The notes under the pieces were generated by a model, which saw only the letters and a program-made list of their open reading frames with translations, made no database searches and was not told the DNA's origin. A DNA stretch of 64,000 bases from Ginglymostoma cirratum (Eukaryota). Positions 24,791 to 38,350 of the stretch are shown here, piece by piece; within the stretch, counting starts at the first letter, position 1; every line of letters begins with the position of its first letter. Both the position numbers and the translations under genes were made by a program. The DNA is taken from NCBI GenBank assembly GCA_024137785.1, contig JAHRHZ010000056.1, positions 11,002,433-11,066,432 on the forward strand. The letters are read 5' to 3'.

Positions 24791-27700
24791 TGAACAGGGT
24801 CCCACCAGCAGATTTTAGGACTCACATGCTGTTGGTTGTTTGACTGGCAGCTTTTGGTAACCTACCTTCCAAGTATCAAGACCTGTGATAGGGCAGGATG
24901 TTCACCTTAGCTCTGGTTGTCAACTCTTTATGAGCTGACTGGCAGGAGATCAGTTGATTTATCTCACTGATACTGTATGTTATTCACCCGCTAATTCACT
25001 CACACATAGGTTTGGCAAATTATTGGAAATCTTTTGAAAACAAAGTAAGTTCTTTCTTATTGTGAAATGAAAACAAAGAGTGAAAGCCAACAGTGAAAAC
25101 TGCACTAAGACTTATAACAATTAACAAGAAGATAGTTCAGACTGAATTGTCAGGAGTATGTAATGTCAAGCTTCAGATAAAGGGAAAAATTCAAAAAACT
25201 TGCCAATTATAAAGGGAAGGAAGGAGATGACTAGCTAATTTACTTACTGTATCTTCTTAATTCTTTTGTCATTTTATCCCTTCCAATTTATAAGGCCTGA
25301 TGATTGCCTATCTCTCCTCAATTTTGTGTCCTTAGCTGTCTACTGATAGCATACACTGCCCTGGATTTTAACATGAAGATATGTCCTAAACTGTGTGAGA
25401 GGGAGTGGAACTTGTGGACTTGACATTAGGAAACCCGAGAAGAATGAATTTCTCAAACGTCCTGAGAAATTCAATTGGATGGCAGGTGTTAATTTATTTT
25501 CAGTTAGGTTCTTGGTGATTGGTTGGTAGGTTTCCTGTCTGACAGAAAGCTTGCTTCAGAAGACTCAGACCAAAAAGAGCCTACACAGGCATATTGGGAA
25601 CTGCACGAGACAGCGAGGAACAAGGCCTGAATTGTGGATGTAGTGATTGTGGAGCAGTCCTCAGGAGGGACCGGTTTCAATTTTAAAGGCAGCCTGTGGC
25701 ATTCTGGGATTTGCTGATCTTGTAAAAGGGGTGGGGTACTTTGGTAGTCCTGACTGCAGAACAACCAGCATCTGATTGTCGTCCAATTGAGGAGGGGATT
25801 CTTGATTAGGGAAAAATGCTTTGATGATGATTTAGGGTCCAAATTTTATGGGAAATGGTGCCTGATGATTATTTAGAGTCCCAACTGTGAGGACGAAAGA
25901 TCCAAAAATAGTCCATGAGTGGAGGATATCTAATGGCAGTCAGCAGATCCAGTGATCAGGATTTGGAATAGTCAGATCACAAGGGACAGTTTATAGAATA
26001 GCCTGGACAAAGCCCTCCTCTTCCTCTAAGATCAGAAGTAGTGATGTAAAGACATTTACCACTTGAAATCTGTGTTCCGATCACCTCTTTGCACATGATA
26101 CGTTTCTTGAAGGCTGGGTAATCCAGCTACCTACAGTTAAAAATAGCAGGTCTGTCAAAATTGTAATATCATGAGAATGGACATGGTAATAGATGATGAT
26201 GGATACCATGATGTAACAGTGACATTAGCGGTCATGTGCAAGAGGTTGTGAAAGAAGGAAGGAATATTCTGACCCAGTGAAAGATGTACTTACGAAGAAC
26301 AGTGTTATCTATGATAATGTCAATGAAAGAGTTTGCAGAAATCTCCTTGAAGCAGACACAGACATTCATAGGTAAGGGAAACCAGGTCACAAGCTACCAA
26401 CAGAGGCAAGGATAGCCATCTCGCTTAAATGCAGAATAGAACCCCAAGGCACAAGCTACACAGCAACAAAAGACCAAAATTAAGATAAGTATCTTAAGAA
26501 TAATAGTATTATATTTATATAACTGTTTCACATGAGCATTGGTCATCACCATTCAATTCCACCTCTGTTGAAATTGCAATTTGGCGCATTCAAGGCAGTT
26601 TTGTTCCGGTCCAGATTTTTTGAATTTAACCCTCACAGGACCCTGTCATTGTGACTTTAAGATCTATTAAACTCTTTGCAGCCAAAGTGCCAGAAGAGTT
26701 ATGACTGCGGGTTTGCCTACATGTAATACCAGTGCTGTTCCGGGGTTCAACACCAGGAGTCAATTCCAATTTCCAGTTTACTTGAATTGAAGTTATGGAT
26801 TAAGATCAAGAGATGTGCACCTATATGTGAAATAGTTTTGGAATTTCTATCTTGATTACAAGAGGCTTAAGTGCAAGCCATAACACTGAATATTTTGGAA
26901 TTACAATGAAAATAATAGACTGAACAGCATGTTGCAGGCATATGAACCAAACTTTTGCAAATAAACTCAAGCAGAGATTTGGTTTTTGCTGTGAATAAAA
27001 CTAACTGAAAAGCTGTTTAAACTCTTCTGTAAAAGATACTGAAATCATACATATATTGCTCCGTCATTTATATACAACCATGCAAAACACCTCGGCCATA
27101 GCTTGTTAATTGTTCCAATATGTTGTTTAACTCTTGAGGATAGTAGCAAACAGGCATTTGCCTTTATTTAACAAAGTTGTTGAACAAACAAGAAATAGCT
27201 TGATTGCATTCTTGTTTCACTTCAAAAGGGATGTAGAATGAAATACATATTTTAATTTACAGTCAAACATAATTTGTCATGGAAAGTTGTCTAGATGCAG
27301 GGTAATACGGGAAAAACAATCATTTGGATTACCTGAGTTCTAGGTGATAGGACTTGATCTTGTTGCCACTTCCTGTTCACATGGGCTACAGATTGAGATG
27401 GCAACCCCATCTGCAACAAGCAGTAATCTTTAAAGGTGTGGTTTGTTAAATAAACTTGCAATAAGCATATTACTTTGCTGGATTTTGTATTTTTTGCTAG
27501 TTGTGAGACACTCAGAAGGCATAACTTCATGTTTCTTGCTATAACTGTTATTTTTAAGTAATAAGATAAATGGATGATGATTTAAGACTCATGAAAATGG
27601 TTTATAAAAATCCTAATGTAATTATCAAGATAAAGTGTCTACAGTAGCTAAGATCTAATATCCTGGTGGTTCACTTCTAATTTTAGAAATTTGACCATCA

Positions 27701-29609
27701 AGCCAAAGGCCTGTGAACAAAGTGATCACATACTTTCACCGATATGTGCAGCAGGACTTGATGTAGTCCTTGATTAGAGACTGGTGCATGGCTGTAGAAT
27801 CCACTTGCAGTAGTTCAGTGTTGCTTCTAGTCCCTACTGTCAACATCAGATTAACTGCTGCATTTTGATTTTTCTTTACTTCTACTTGCCTTAATGACAA
27901 ATATAATTCCAAATAATTTCTTGTGCCTAAACAGCCTAAAATTTTCCATCTGTAAGGATTTAACACACTTTTGATCAGTCAGAAACAATGCAACGTAAAT
28001 AATGAAGGATATTGTAAGGAAACATTTGTCTAGACTAACAGCAGATCTAGATTTTAGTGTATCATCATATTACATGAAGCTACAGTCTAAATTGCCTCTT
28101 AAATGTATAGTATCATTGCTGTGCAAAATTATACGCTAAATAGAAATCTACCATTTAGTGAAGTTAACTAAACAACACCCTGACAAAGAGCTGGACAGTC
28201 TATTTTCATATAGCTACTTTTCTTGATGGTAACTCTAATTACAGCAATACAACTTTCAGAAGAGCACTGTGTAAACTATTCTTTTTTACCTTCTTTCATA
28301 CAAATCACAAACTACATCTAAAATATGCATGCGTTCATTCAAAATTATATTCAAAAATTGACAAGGACGAGTTTTTACATGTCAAAAGCTTCATAATTTC
28401 AGTAATCATTTATAGGCAGGTATATGGTTACAGGAAATAGGAGGTTGTCTAAGTGACTAAAAAATTGGGCTGCAGACTGCGTCCATAAGTAGCAACCTAT
28501 TCACAGACCATGACTGTTTCCTGTAACTGCCCTGGTCAAATTGTTCAAATTGACTTCTTTTATCGTGATTAAGTAGTCGACTATTGCAATTCCAGAAATC
28601 TTCAGGTGCTTTTATAATGTAGTGGGTTCTAGTAGCATTAGAAGAGGTCCCCTCAAACTAGCAGGTGCGTTATTTTGATAGTCAACCTATTGAATCAAGG
28701 AATCTTGCAGCACACTCTGCAGCACAATCATGTCTGTGCTGGCTGTTCGAGAAAGCAATTCTATTCATTCCTCCCATTCCCTATCATCCTACATTTATTT
28801 CTCCTTTTGACGTATTCACCCAATTCCTTTTGAAAGTTACTACGACAGATTTGTACACCACACATTTAAGCCGCACATCTCAGATTATGCTACATGCCTT
28901 TTCTCTAACAGTTGAGTGTCAGAACATTATTTTCATTGAACTCCCACTTGAAGTGCCAGTTCAGCATTGCTAGGAGAACAGCTGTGGTAGTCCATGATTG
29001 AAGAGCATGGCTGAGCGTATTGAACCTCTAGCATGGCAAGCACAGAAGGTGCAAAGAACCAGCAGGTGCACAAAAATTAGCAGAACAGCAATACACCTTT
29101 CGGAGCAACCATCAACTCAATGTAAGAAACCTTTCATGCAGTGCCCACACATTGTGTAGATGTCATATAAAAAAAGCTGCAAGCTTCGGGACCTTATTAT
29201 CTAAGGGGAAGACAGCCAAAGCAGACACTCACTAAAAATCACATCATCCTACCAATCGGCTGGCTGCTTTAGAACTGCTTGACTTGTTGGCACAGGGAGC
29301 TCTTGGGTGTGCAGAAACAGAAAGTTTCCTCCTTTGTAGTTTTTTAACACAGTCATTGCAGTTACATACATTTTCCAGATGGCCTGGCAATTTGGGCAAG
29401 TAGGTAGCGTTTCCCATTCAGCCATTTCTGTTGAAGGAAACCTATTAGGACAAAAGTTGAAGGATCAAGTAATGGCAGAACCAGAAACTGCAAAAAAGGA
29501 CTCATAAGGTTAAATCTTATGTTTTGTTGGCTAATTGTAAGTTGCATCAGTTTTTTTGAAAGGATTATCTTGTTGAGGCCCAATGGGTTTTCTCACTGTA
29601 TCAAGCCTC

Positions 29610-30330
29610 ATTAACTACCTGCCCCACCTATGGTGTCCCTTACATTTGATCCTATCCCTATCTTAAAACACATTGTTGCCGGAACAACTTGCCATTTCGC
29701 TGATAGCCACCAAAAGACTGGTAACCCTTGCATCTGCGCCATTCTTAAAAGCCCACTACATAGCCAGACAAACACTGTCAGTCTGGGGTTGCCTCCAGTG
29801 CTGTTCCTGACATTTGCTGTAGACATGGCAGACAAGGGGGCATTTTGCATTCTGATTAAGGTGGAACAGAGGAAAGATGCCCTGGTCCTGCCACCCAAGA
29901 CTGGCAATGGAGGTCTCACACCAGATTGACAACATCTGACCAGGCTGGCACACTCAGGTCTATGCCATCTGGAGTAATGACCAACAGTGTAGGAAGAAGA
30001 TCAATGTCATTCTCCACTCCATCAGCATAAGAACTAACCTTAATCCAAAGCTACCATTCTTACTACTGCCAGCAATATCTTCCCTCAGTCATTCACTGTC
30101 ACCCATCTCAACTTGGGAAGACAGAGCAAAGGGGATGTTGTGCTTGGCCATTAACCCTGTACGTTCTCTACGCTGCCTCACTCAGGACATCTCACGACCT
30201 GCACCACAGGTAACAGCTGTGCCATCCACTTTCACCTGCCTTAATACCTGCCTCTCTATTAAACAGGAGGCAATCTGTCCACAGTAGGGCAGAAATGGTC
30301 AAACAGCTAGTGGGCTGCCCAACAATGTCC
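29610..30330 (+). mobile_element. Harbinger relic with Myb/SANT-like ORF remnant
   Basis: Starts ttaactacct(g/a)ccccacc like 18231; MADKG...VEQRKDAL...QQCRKKIN..LHS. Confidence 0.55.
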
Positions 30331-30504
30331 CATAATTGGCAACTTGCTGATGTCTAGTGAGAAACTCTCATTGTTGCTCTGCAAAAGCGTGGAAGTAAGA
30401 TGCTCCCAATATCGAGATAGGTCTCACCAGGCTTCTCACATGATTCTGCCACAGATCTCACCATATCCCACATTGCTCAGGCTCCTATATGATTCTGCCC
30501 AATA

Positions 30505-30730
30505 TGTTGTAAGGTAGCACCATGTTTTTACCAAAGCTCATTAGAGATGATGCTACTCTCTGTAAGGGCCCACAGAGAGATTCTTTTGCCTACTAATAGG
30601 AGGAATAAGGCAGTCTAAAAGAACATGAGCCATGTCCTGAGATTGCAGAGGACGTTAGCAGGAGTGTGGGGCCATGCTATAGGATAGTGTTGGAAGAGGT
30701 TCAATGACCTAATCAGTTCAGGGAATCATG
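30505..30730 (+). mobile_element. Myb/SANT-like ORF remnant (different Harbinger-type family)
   Basis: VAPCF...SLEMMLLSVRAHREILLP...EIAEDVS...CWKRFNDLISSG. Confidence 0.5.
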
Positions 30731-31527
30731 CACCCAAGTACACAAACAGTGTGGCCAACCATAACATCCACCTGGCTCTGTCTTCTCATGTCATTATTCC
30801 TCATAGCAACTGAACTTATAGGTACGCATATCCCACATTACCTTTTCTTATCTCACCTGAGCAAATACCATGAAAACAAATCTGTATTATTCTGTAACAT
30901 CATACCCACCTATCACATTGACACTCAATAAATGTTGCCCATCCACCTATTCATAACATTCTGATTTTACCCTCATTCAGAGCATGCGGAAAGATTCCTA
31001 ATTCCTAGTGCCAAAGACAAGTGTCTCTGACTATACTTCAAGTTTCAGGAGAAAATCGACCTGAAATAATCTTGTTTCCAGGACAGCTTGAGGGAAGAAA
31101 GCACAGGCTGGAGCAAGGCATTAGTTGAGTTAGGTTTTTGACAGTATGATGGTATGCTGCATGACCAGACTATGTTAGTTGATGATAAACAGATACGGTA
31201 TGTTCCATCTCATGCCTGATTGTTATTAGTTAAGCAGGTCATAGTATTAACATTTTAGTCACAGAGAGTTTTTCTGGCTCTGAAAGATGAAATACGAAAA
31301 ATACTGGAGATGAAAGGAAGTTATCCCATGAGGCAGACTGGACTGATTTCTTCTATTTGAATGATTCCATCTCTCCCAGGTAACTTCACTAATCCAACAA
31401 GTTGTTGAGTCGTGGTAAACTCAAGTGAAACTATCAAGCCTTCATGGATTCACTTTGATCCAGAAATCCTTCCATTTACTAGTAATATGGGCAAATGTTA
31501 GTTTTGTTTTTCAATGATCCTATTACA

Positions 31528-31735
31528 GAATCGTAGGATTATTATGGTGTAGAATCAGAACACTTAGCCTATTGTGCCTGCAGCAGCTCTATTATCTAGG
31601 GCCAATGTCCTGCTTTTTCCCATCAGTACACCATTACTATCCAAAAATCCATCCAATGCCCCCTTAAATGCCTCCACCACATTTCCAAACTCCGCTTTCC
31701 ATTGCCTAAATACTCACTCTGTGAAAAAAACATTC
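31528..31735 (-). mobile_element. CR1-type LINE 3' end, old
   Basis: acagaatcgtagga tail; ccatccaatgcc, gcctccaccaca, actcactctgtgaaaa blocks. Confidence 0.55.
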
Positions 31736-32026
31736 ATTATGTCATGACCTCCCCTTTCACCATGACTTTTCTTCCTTGGTAAAGTCAGATGGAAAGTATT
31801 CATTCAATACCAGAATCAAACCTTCAGTCTCCATGTGTCGATCCCTTTTAAGTCCCTAACTGGGCTCACTCTTCCTACCTTTTCATTCTTTATATGCCTG
31901 TGGAAGTCATTTGAATTCCCCTTCATATTAATTGTTGGTCTCTTCTTATACTCTTTCCTTGCTTCTCTTATTTACCTTTCACACATAACATACCTCAAAC
32001 TGATGTAGAAGAATGTTTGTTCTACA

Positions 32027-32248
32027 TAAAAACCGAAAGAACTGTGGATGCTGTAACTCAAGGACAAAAACAGAAGTTGCTGGTAAAGCTCAGAAAGTTT
32101 GGCAGCATCTGTGAAGAAAAGATCAGAGTTAATGTTTAGGTCCAGTGACCAGTTCTGAGGAACGATCACCGGATTCAAAACATTAACTCTGATTTTTTCT
32201 TCATAGATGCTGCCAGACCTGCTGAGCTTTTCCAGCAACTTCTGTTTT
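32027..32248. mobile_element. Palindromic non-coding Penelope pLTR derivative (same subfamily as 10457)
   Basis: ~90-bp inverted arms; flanking near-direct repeat TGTTTGTTCTACA 32014-32026 / TGTTTATTCTACA 32249-32261. Confidence 0.8.
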
Positions 32249-33335
32249 TGTTTATTCTACAGCTGCATTGATTTATGCTTAAAATGTTTATGGTCAATGA
32301 CTAGTGAAGATAACTTGAAGCGTTTCTGCTATAATACATGGAATGAGCATTGTTTGTGGTTTTCATGGTGGGGGAGAATTGAAACTGACTGTGAGAATCC
32401 TCTACCCCCGTTTCATATGTCAGATGATAAATATGCCTGTTTGATATCCATTGTTCTTAAATGCAACAATCTCCTTAAGAACAAAAACTTACTAAGTAAA
32501 GAACCAAGATCACAAGCCCATGAAATAACAATATATGAAACATAAGCTTATGTATTATACCACTGAACTAGCCAATCAACCATTTTGATGAAAGATCAAA
32601 GATGCTGGTGATCTAGATGAGTATTTTCAGCATTTTATGTTTCTGAAATAGAGTCAGAGTTCATGATTGAAATATTATCAATCCACTATGTTGAGGTGCC
32701 ATTTCAAAATATATATCATGCATACTGCTGTTGGGCACTTGAACTAATCATCCAACAATTTATGAAATAGGTATTATAAATTTTGTTCACACAAGCAATG
32801 ATAAATGCCAACTGTAATTTCTAAAAAGCAGGAGGATGGTAAATGTATTATAATTGTAGTCAACCCTTCTAAAGTGTTATAGTTCATCACAACAGGTGAA
32901 AATAACAGTAGGTTCTAACATACAGAAAGTCAACTCTTAAGTGGCCAGTTTAGTTAAATTTTCTGTACATTTGGGTCAAGAAATTCAAACCTTGCACTGA
33001 TGAGGCTGCAGCAACTGATTCCTCATTTGAATGACCTGGAACCTAATTTCTAACAAGCCAGAAAGAAGACACCAACTTGAGGGTGAAATAGGCCATTTCT
33101 ACATTACAGTGACAATTAGCCAGATGAGGAAAAAGCCAAAAGGTAACTGTGGCATTATGGGCGTGGCGGATATGCTTTCTTCAAAACTATACATCGTTCA
33201 TAACAGTTCAAATCTGACATTCCATAAAGTGCAGGAAAGATCAGCTTCTTTCAATACACTACATGAGCTACTTCACCACACTTGCTGTTGCAGACTATAT
33301 TTACAAAGTCAAACATTTGCTGATGCCAAGGGGTT

Positions 33336-34819
33336 CTACAAATTGATCTTTTGGTTTTTAATGAGAGGGTGGGTCCTGCCAGCAATATCGGAGTATTAGA
33401 TGATTGTTTAGTGCTTAACAAAAGTCTGTTGGTATAGTATGGCATACTAGGGCTTTAGCCATTGTCCTCTCATTGAGTGTTTGTAACACTCACACAACCT
33501 TCCTGCAGGTCTAGGCTTAGGCTGCAAAATTCAACTCATCAATTGCTCTTTGCATAGGATGGCCAAGGATTTGCTGACAAGCTAAAGAAGATCTTTTACC
33601 AAGCAGGTAGTCTTCCAGCAGCTGTTGATAATTGTCACAGTGTGTATCCCTAGGAGTCCTGTGCCTTAGTGCTGATTAGGATGAATGTTTACAAAAAACT
33701 ACTGCATCTTTTTCCAGATCTCTTTTGCAAAGGCCACGATCCAGAACTAGAAGGGTGACAGTCTCTTTCCCATTTCAGACAACTCAGGGCAGTTCATAGA
33801 GAGGTGAGACTCTGTTGTGCAAGAAGGACAACTCTTCTCACCACCAGCCAAGCCATGGTGAGAGTTAGAACATTGATGCATGGAAGAAAATGATGCATGC
33901 TGCATTTGACATTTTCAGCAAGCTTTCTGACAGCATCCACCATTTCTTTTTTCCTGGAGGGCATCAAGGATGTTATGTGCTATCCATTGCCTGAAGCACT
34001 TATGGTCAAAAAGTAGATTTTTTGCACAGCCATTCAAATGTTCCACCACGGATAGATTGGACAGCATAGTTTGACTGAATGGAATATTCCTATGTTAAAA
34101 AGGCCAGGTCTATCTTTCAGATAGAACCTCAGCACATAGTGACACCTGAAGTTTGTGTGGCAAGAGTCTATACACAGCTTGATGCAGTTACTCATAAAAA
34201 TGGCCATCAGGATGAGGATGGAATTAGGTCCATTTTCTCCCCTTATCTAGAGATTTATATGTTATGTTTGTGGGGTAATAGTCCATTTTTGGTCTCAAGT
34301 AAGGTGGAAGAAAACTCCAGAAACCGCCAGAGTGGGTTATAGACTAGATCTGCACCATAGACACCAACAGTAAGAGTTCCCCATTTGTAATGGCTAGATA
34401 CCTACTGCAAAAAGGAACATCACTCCCACATGCCTAGTAAAGGAGATGGTATGAATGGGGACAGAAGAGACTGAACTCAGCTTGCTTTCTTTGAATGGGA
34501 GGTCCAGACGGACCATCCGCCTTCTCCACACATTTTCAAACATTAGCTTGCTGGTAGTGCCATACAGGACCTCCCATTTGGCTGTACAGACCAGGGTTGC
34601 TCCTCCTAGCTACTGGAGGCAGCAGTCTCAGGCAGCTAACCTTGCAGTTGAGGCGCTATAAAGGGGCTAAATCCCTTACATGCCTATATAACCATATTGT
34701 TCAGACCCCCACTGCAAGATCGGTCTGACCTACACATTGATCTTTTTGATCTTTAGTGAGAGTGAGTGTCCTGCCAGCAATATTAGAGTTTTTGATGATT
34801 ATTTAGTGCTTAACAAAAG
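33336..34819 (+). repeat. ~90-bp diverged direct repeats (33336-33424, 34730-34819) bracketing ~1.3 kb
   Basis: ctaca.attgatctttt...gtcctgccagcaatat...gatgatt.tttagtgcttaacaaaag present twice. Confidence 0.8.
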
Positions 34820-35739
34820 GGCAGCTGTGTTTTTAGATTATGGTATCATCTTTGCCACATATCATGGATTAACCGCTTCCAGAATGGGAAATTGTGATTT
34901 ATTTAATTATTTTGGAGTTGCTCATGCTTACAGTTGAATTTTTTGTGTGAATGTTAAAGGATCCAGTGGACTGAGTTAGCTCCATATGTTTTTTATTTAT
35001 GGAGTGCCACGTAGATGTCAAGTTCTAGGAATGCGCAAAGAGAATGCAGAGCAAAATCTAACTGTAAGTTAACCCTATCCTACAAACATTTTGCAAAAAT
35101 ATGTAGACAAATTGTTTCATGTCTTAACAAGAACTGGTGATCAGTTTTTTTAATGCACCCAAAAAATTAAATGCAAATTGATATTCATTGGAATTTTGAA
35201 AAACAAAAATGATATTTTAATATATATTCACTTAAGAAGGGTTTGCAAAGAGTGAAAAATTATTACATTCATGCTCGCAATCTGACCATTTAACGAAAAA
35301 TTCTCTATACATCTAGAGTTGCATAGACCAGGACAATATTTTATAAGCCTCCTCTTAAGAGGTTGGAAAGTAAGGGCTTTTGAAGTTTGGAGTAAGTCTA
35401 GTATTTTGTTGACTGTGGACATGGTAGGAAAAAGATCACTTCAACTTTTCAGGAGCTATTTTGGGGGTAGTGACTCCACAGTTATTCTATCAAAATGCTT
35501 CATAATTTAAAAAAAAAGTATTAAATCTCCTTATAGTCTTTTTATGGTAATGAAGCTGGTCTCAATGTCTAAGGTCTCCATGCAACTGCAGTTTCCCAGC
35601 TCCGACATTACGATGGAGAGTCTACATTTCATACTGTCATGGCTTTCGTTGTCTATATTGTGGCAGCCTTAAGTTCACTAACTGCAGCTAAACCAGTGTT
35701 TTGCATAAATTCAACATTAATTATTTACTCTTGTGCTGT

Positions 35740-36890
35740 AAGGGCTGAATTTTCCCATTTTTTTAGCAATGTGTTTTTTCAAGTGAAATTCATTGTGGTT
35801 AGTCTGCCATGGCATACGTCGACTTGTCCCACACTATCTTCTTCAATCATCTCATTAAGAACTGGCTCCTTAGTGCTCATCGCATTGAATAATACAGCAG
35901 GAGATGTGGCAGTGTTTGCCACTGCTGGGACATTCATGCCCCTGGTGCCATACTGGATACCCCAGCTGTACACCATAATTGACACTGCAAGCCAGGACAT
36001 GCCTCTCACACTGTGGCGTTCTTGCATTATCTCTTAGGAAATGGCTCAGAAAGACAAGTCAGCTCCCTGTTTTGTGTACAAGGACCTTAAGAAGCTGGGC
36101 AATGGGGTTGTGACGAGGAGACCAGTCCTTTCTCCTGCTGATCGACAAAGGAGGCCACACCACTAGATCCAGGCAACCTGGATCATCATAGTGGAATGCA
36201 TTTAATGATCTCACGCTCTGCAAGGATAAGCGCCACTATCTTATGTCTGCCACAAAGGCTTGCAGCAAGTAAACCAAAGTGAGTAAGCATTAAGAACACA
36301 GCTATGAGCCAGAAGATATATCCAGTGTAGGTGCATGAGATTTGTGTGTCCCTGCAGTCAAAGTGACCGACAGAATCATGCAAGGAATAAGTGATTCTAG
36401 CCTTTAAAGTGAAGCCCTGAAGGGCTAAAGTGGTGTATATGAGTTGGTCTGATAGCGGCCATGATGATATGGTGAGGGCAGGTGGCTTACTAAAGCTCAA
36501 TTATATAGACAAAGGGTGGAGAAGGATGATGTCCATAGAGTTTGTGGGGACATAGTGGTGAAGACTGCGTTGTCTGAAGACCCAGGGAGAGAGAAGCCAT
36601 CAGGTAACCACTCTGAGTTTCATGTTTGGAACCATCTGGCTTCTCAGGGAAAGGAGAATTGGGAGCCATATAGAAATGAGACAAGGTTAACCAATAATGA
36701 GATGCAAATGCATGGAAATAAAGTAGTCATCGCTCGTTAGTAAGATTGTTAAACCCTAAATGTTTTAACCATGCAGGTGAAAATCTTGCATTCTTTTTTC
36801 TTGAGGTCAAGAATCTGATTTTTCCATTTTAGTCATTTTTCCACAACTTCCTGCTATTACACAGTGAGGCCAGCAGACATTCTGCCTCTG
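35740..36890 (+). mobile_element. Harbinger-type relic with Myb/SANT-like remnant
   Basis: MAQKDKSAPCFVYKDLKKLGNGVVTRRPVLSPADRQRRPHH from 36041; gggctgaat ... attctgcc ends look like degenerate TIRs. Confidence 0.45.
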
Positions 36891-37869
36891 TTTCCATCTT
36901 TAAAATGCTGTCATTAATTCTAGAACTTTATTAACATCTATTCATACTATCAAGAATGATCAATCTGGACTTGTAGATTTTTCTGTTTATCAGCATCTTG
37001 TGTTTAGGCTAATGATCCAGACATTTGGTTTAATCACCCAAAGAAAATGAGCTCCAATTCCAAACTGTAGATTGAGAGTTTGGATTCAGCTTCCACAATC
37101 TAGGACTAAATAAAATTAATCAAGGTTACAATGAACTCGTTGGGTCATAATTTTAAAATAACTGGTTCAATAATACTCTTTAGGGAAGAAAATCTGCTGC
37201 CCTGGTCTGACTTGGCCAATATGTGGTCACTGTAAAAAAGATTCTTTTCCACTTCTTTGCCCATTGACAAGTCCAGTGCAGTGCCGTGACTTTCACCGGG
37301 GGTAGGGCAGGGAGGTAGGTCTGGCAGGAATGGGAATTTAAAACTACTGTTGGCACAAATCTGAACCATGGCAAATATCCAGACAACTGAGCTCAGATGA
37401 TAGCGGCAACATGCACATTATTATCCAGACCAATGAATAATGATGGTTAGGGCTCCAATTTTCTTTCCTTCATGTGACTGGCCAGAAATCATCTCATTCT
37501 TAACATCAGCATTTGTCGGAAGGATGCTGATGGTCAGTTGTCAACCTGTTTGGCCAGATTATGGGGGTCCCTTCATTGACCATCGAGTCCTGAAGTGAGA
37601 ATTGAACACGACCTTCCAGCATAGAGACAGTGATGCTACTGTTGAGCCAAAAGACCTCCATCGGGAAAGGCTGCAAGCAGATTTAATAGGTATTTTAAAA
37701 TTAGGAAGCATTTTCATGAATAAATGGGAAAGGACTGCCACTCTAAGTAGGGAGTGAAACTACAGAAGCAATCAAACACCATTACAGTTGACTGTCCACT
37801 TCCCTCCAAAGACTTTCAGCAATAAATGCCAACAACATACACCATCCTGTGAAATAAATTTGAAAAGCA

Positions 37870-38350
37870 TTAAGTATATACTTTCTTTCATCGTCTCAAG
37901 TAAATCCCATACTGGATTCAAGAAAGTCTACAAAGATAGACAAAACCTTGCAGAGTATGTAAAGGGAATTTAACAGAATGGTAGCAGGGATGAGAGACTT
38001 CAGTTCCATACATGGACCAAAGAAGCTGGGATTTCCTTCTTTAGAGTGGAGAGTTTTTGAAATGTTCAAGACTAAAAGAGATTTTGTACAATAAATACAG
38101 ATGCATTGTGGGTGAGAAGGAAACAAATTTATGCAATGAGTTTTAATCTGGATTCATTGCCTGAAATGATTGTCAAAGCAGTTTCAATAGAAACTATTGA
38201 AACTGTTAAGAGAATATTGAATATACTCGAAAAGAGAAAACTGTCAGGCATCTGGAGGGAAAGTTAAGGGAGTGGAACTAACTGGATAGGCCATAAAAGA
38301 CATGGTACAGATATGATGGACAGAATGTCCTTTTGTGTTCAATGATTCTA
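37870..38350 (+). mobile_element. CR1-type LINE fragment, old
   Basis: tttaacagaatggtagcagggatgagagacttcagtt...aagctggga; 3' tail aatgattctat. Confidence 0.65.

Noticed and set aside
33430-34730. Assigning the interior of the direct-repeat block to an L1/Tx1 element
   Set aside because: Translations gave only marginal resemblance; not supportable without a search.
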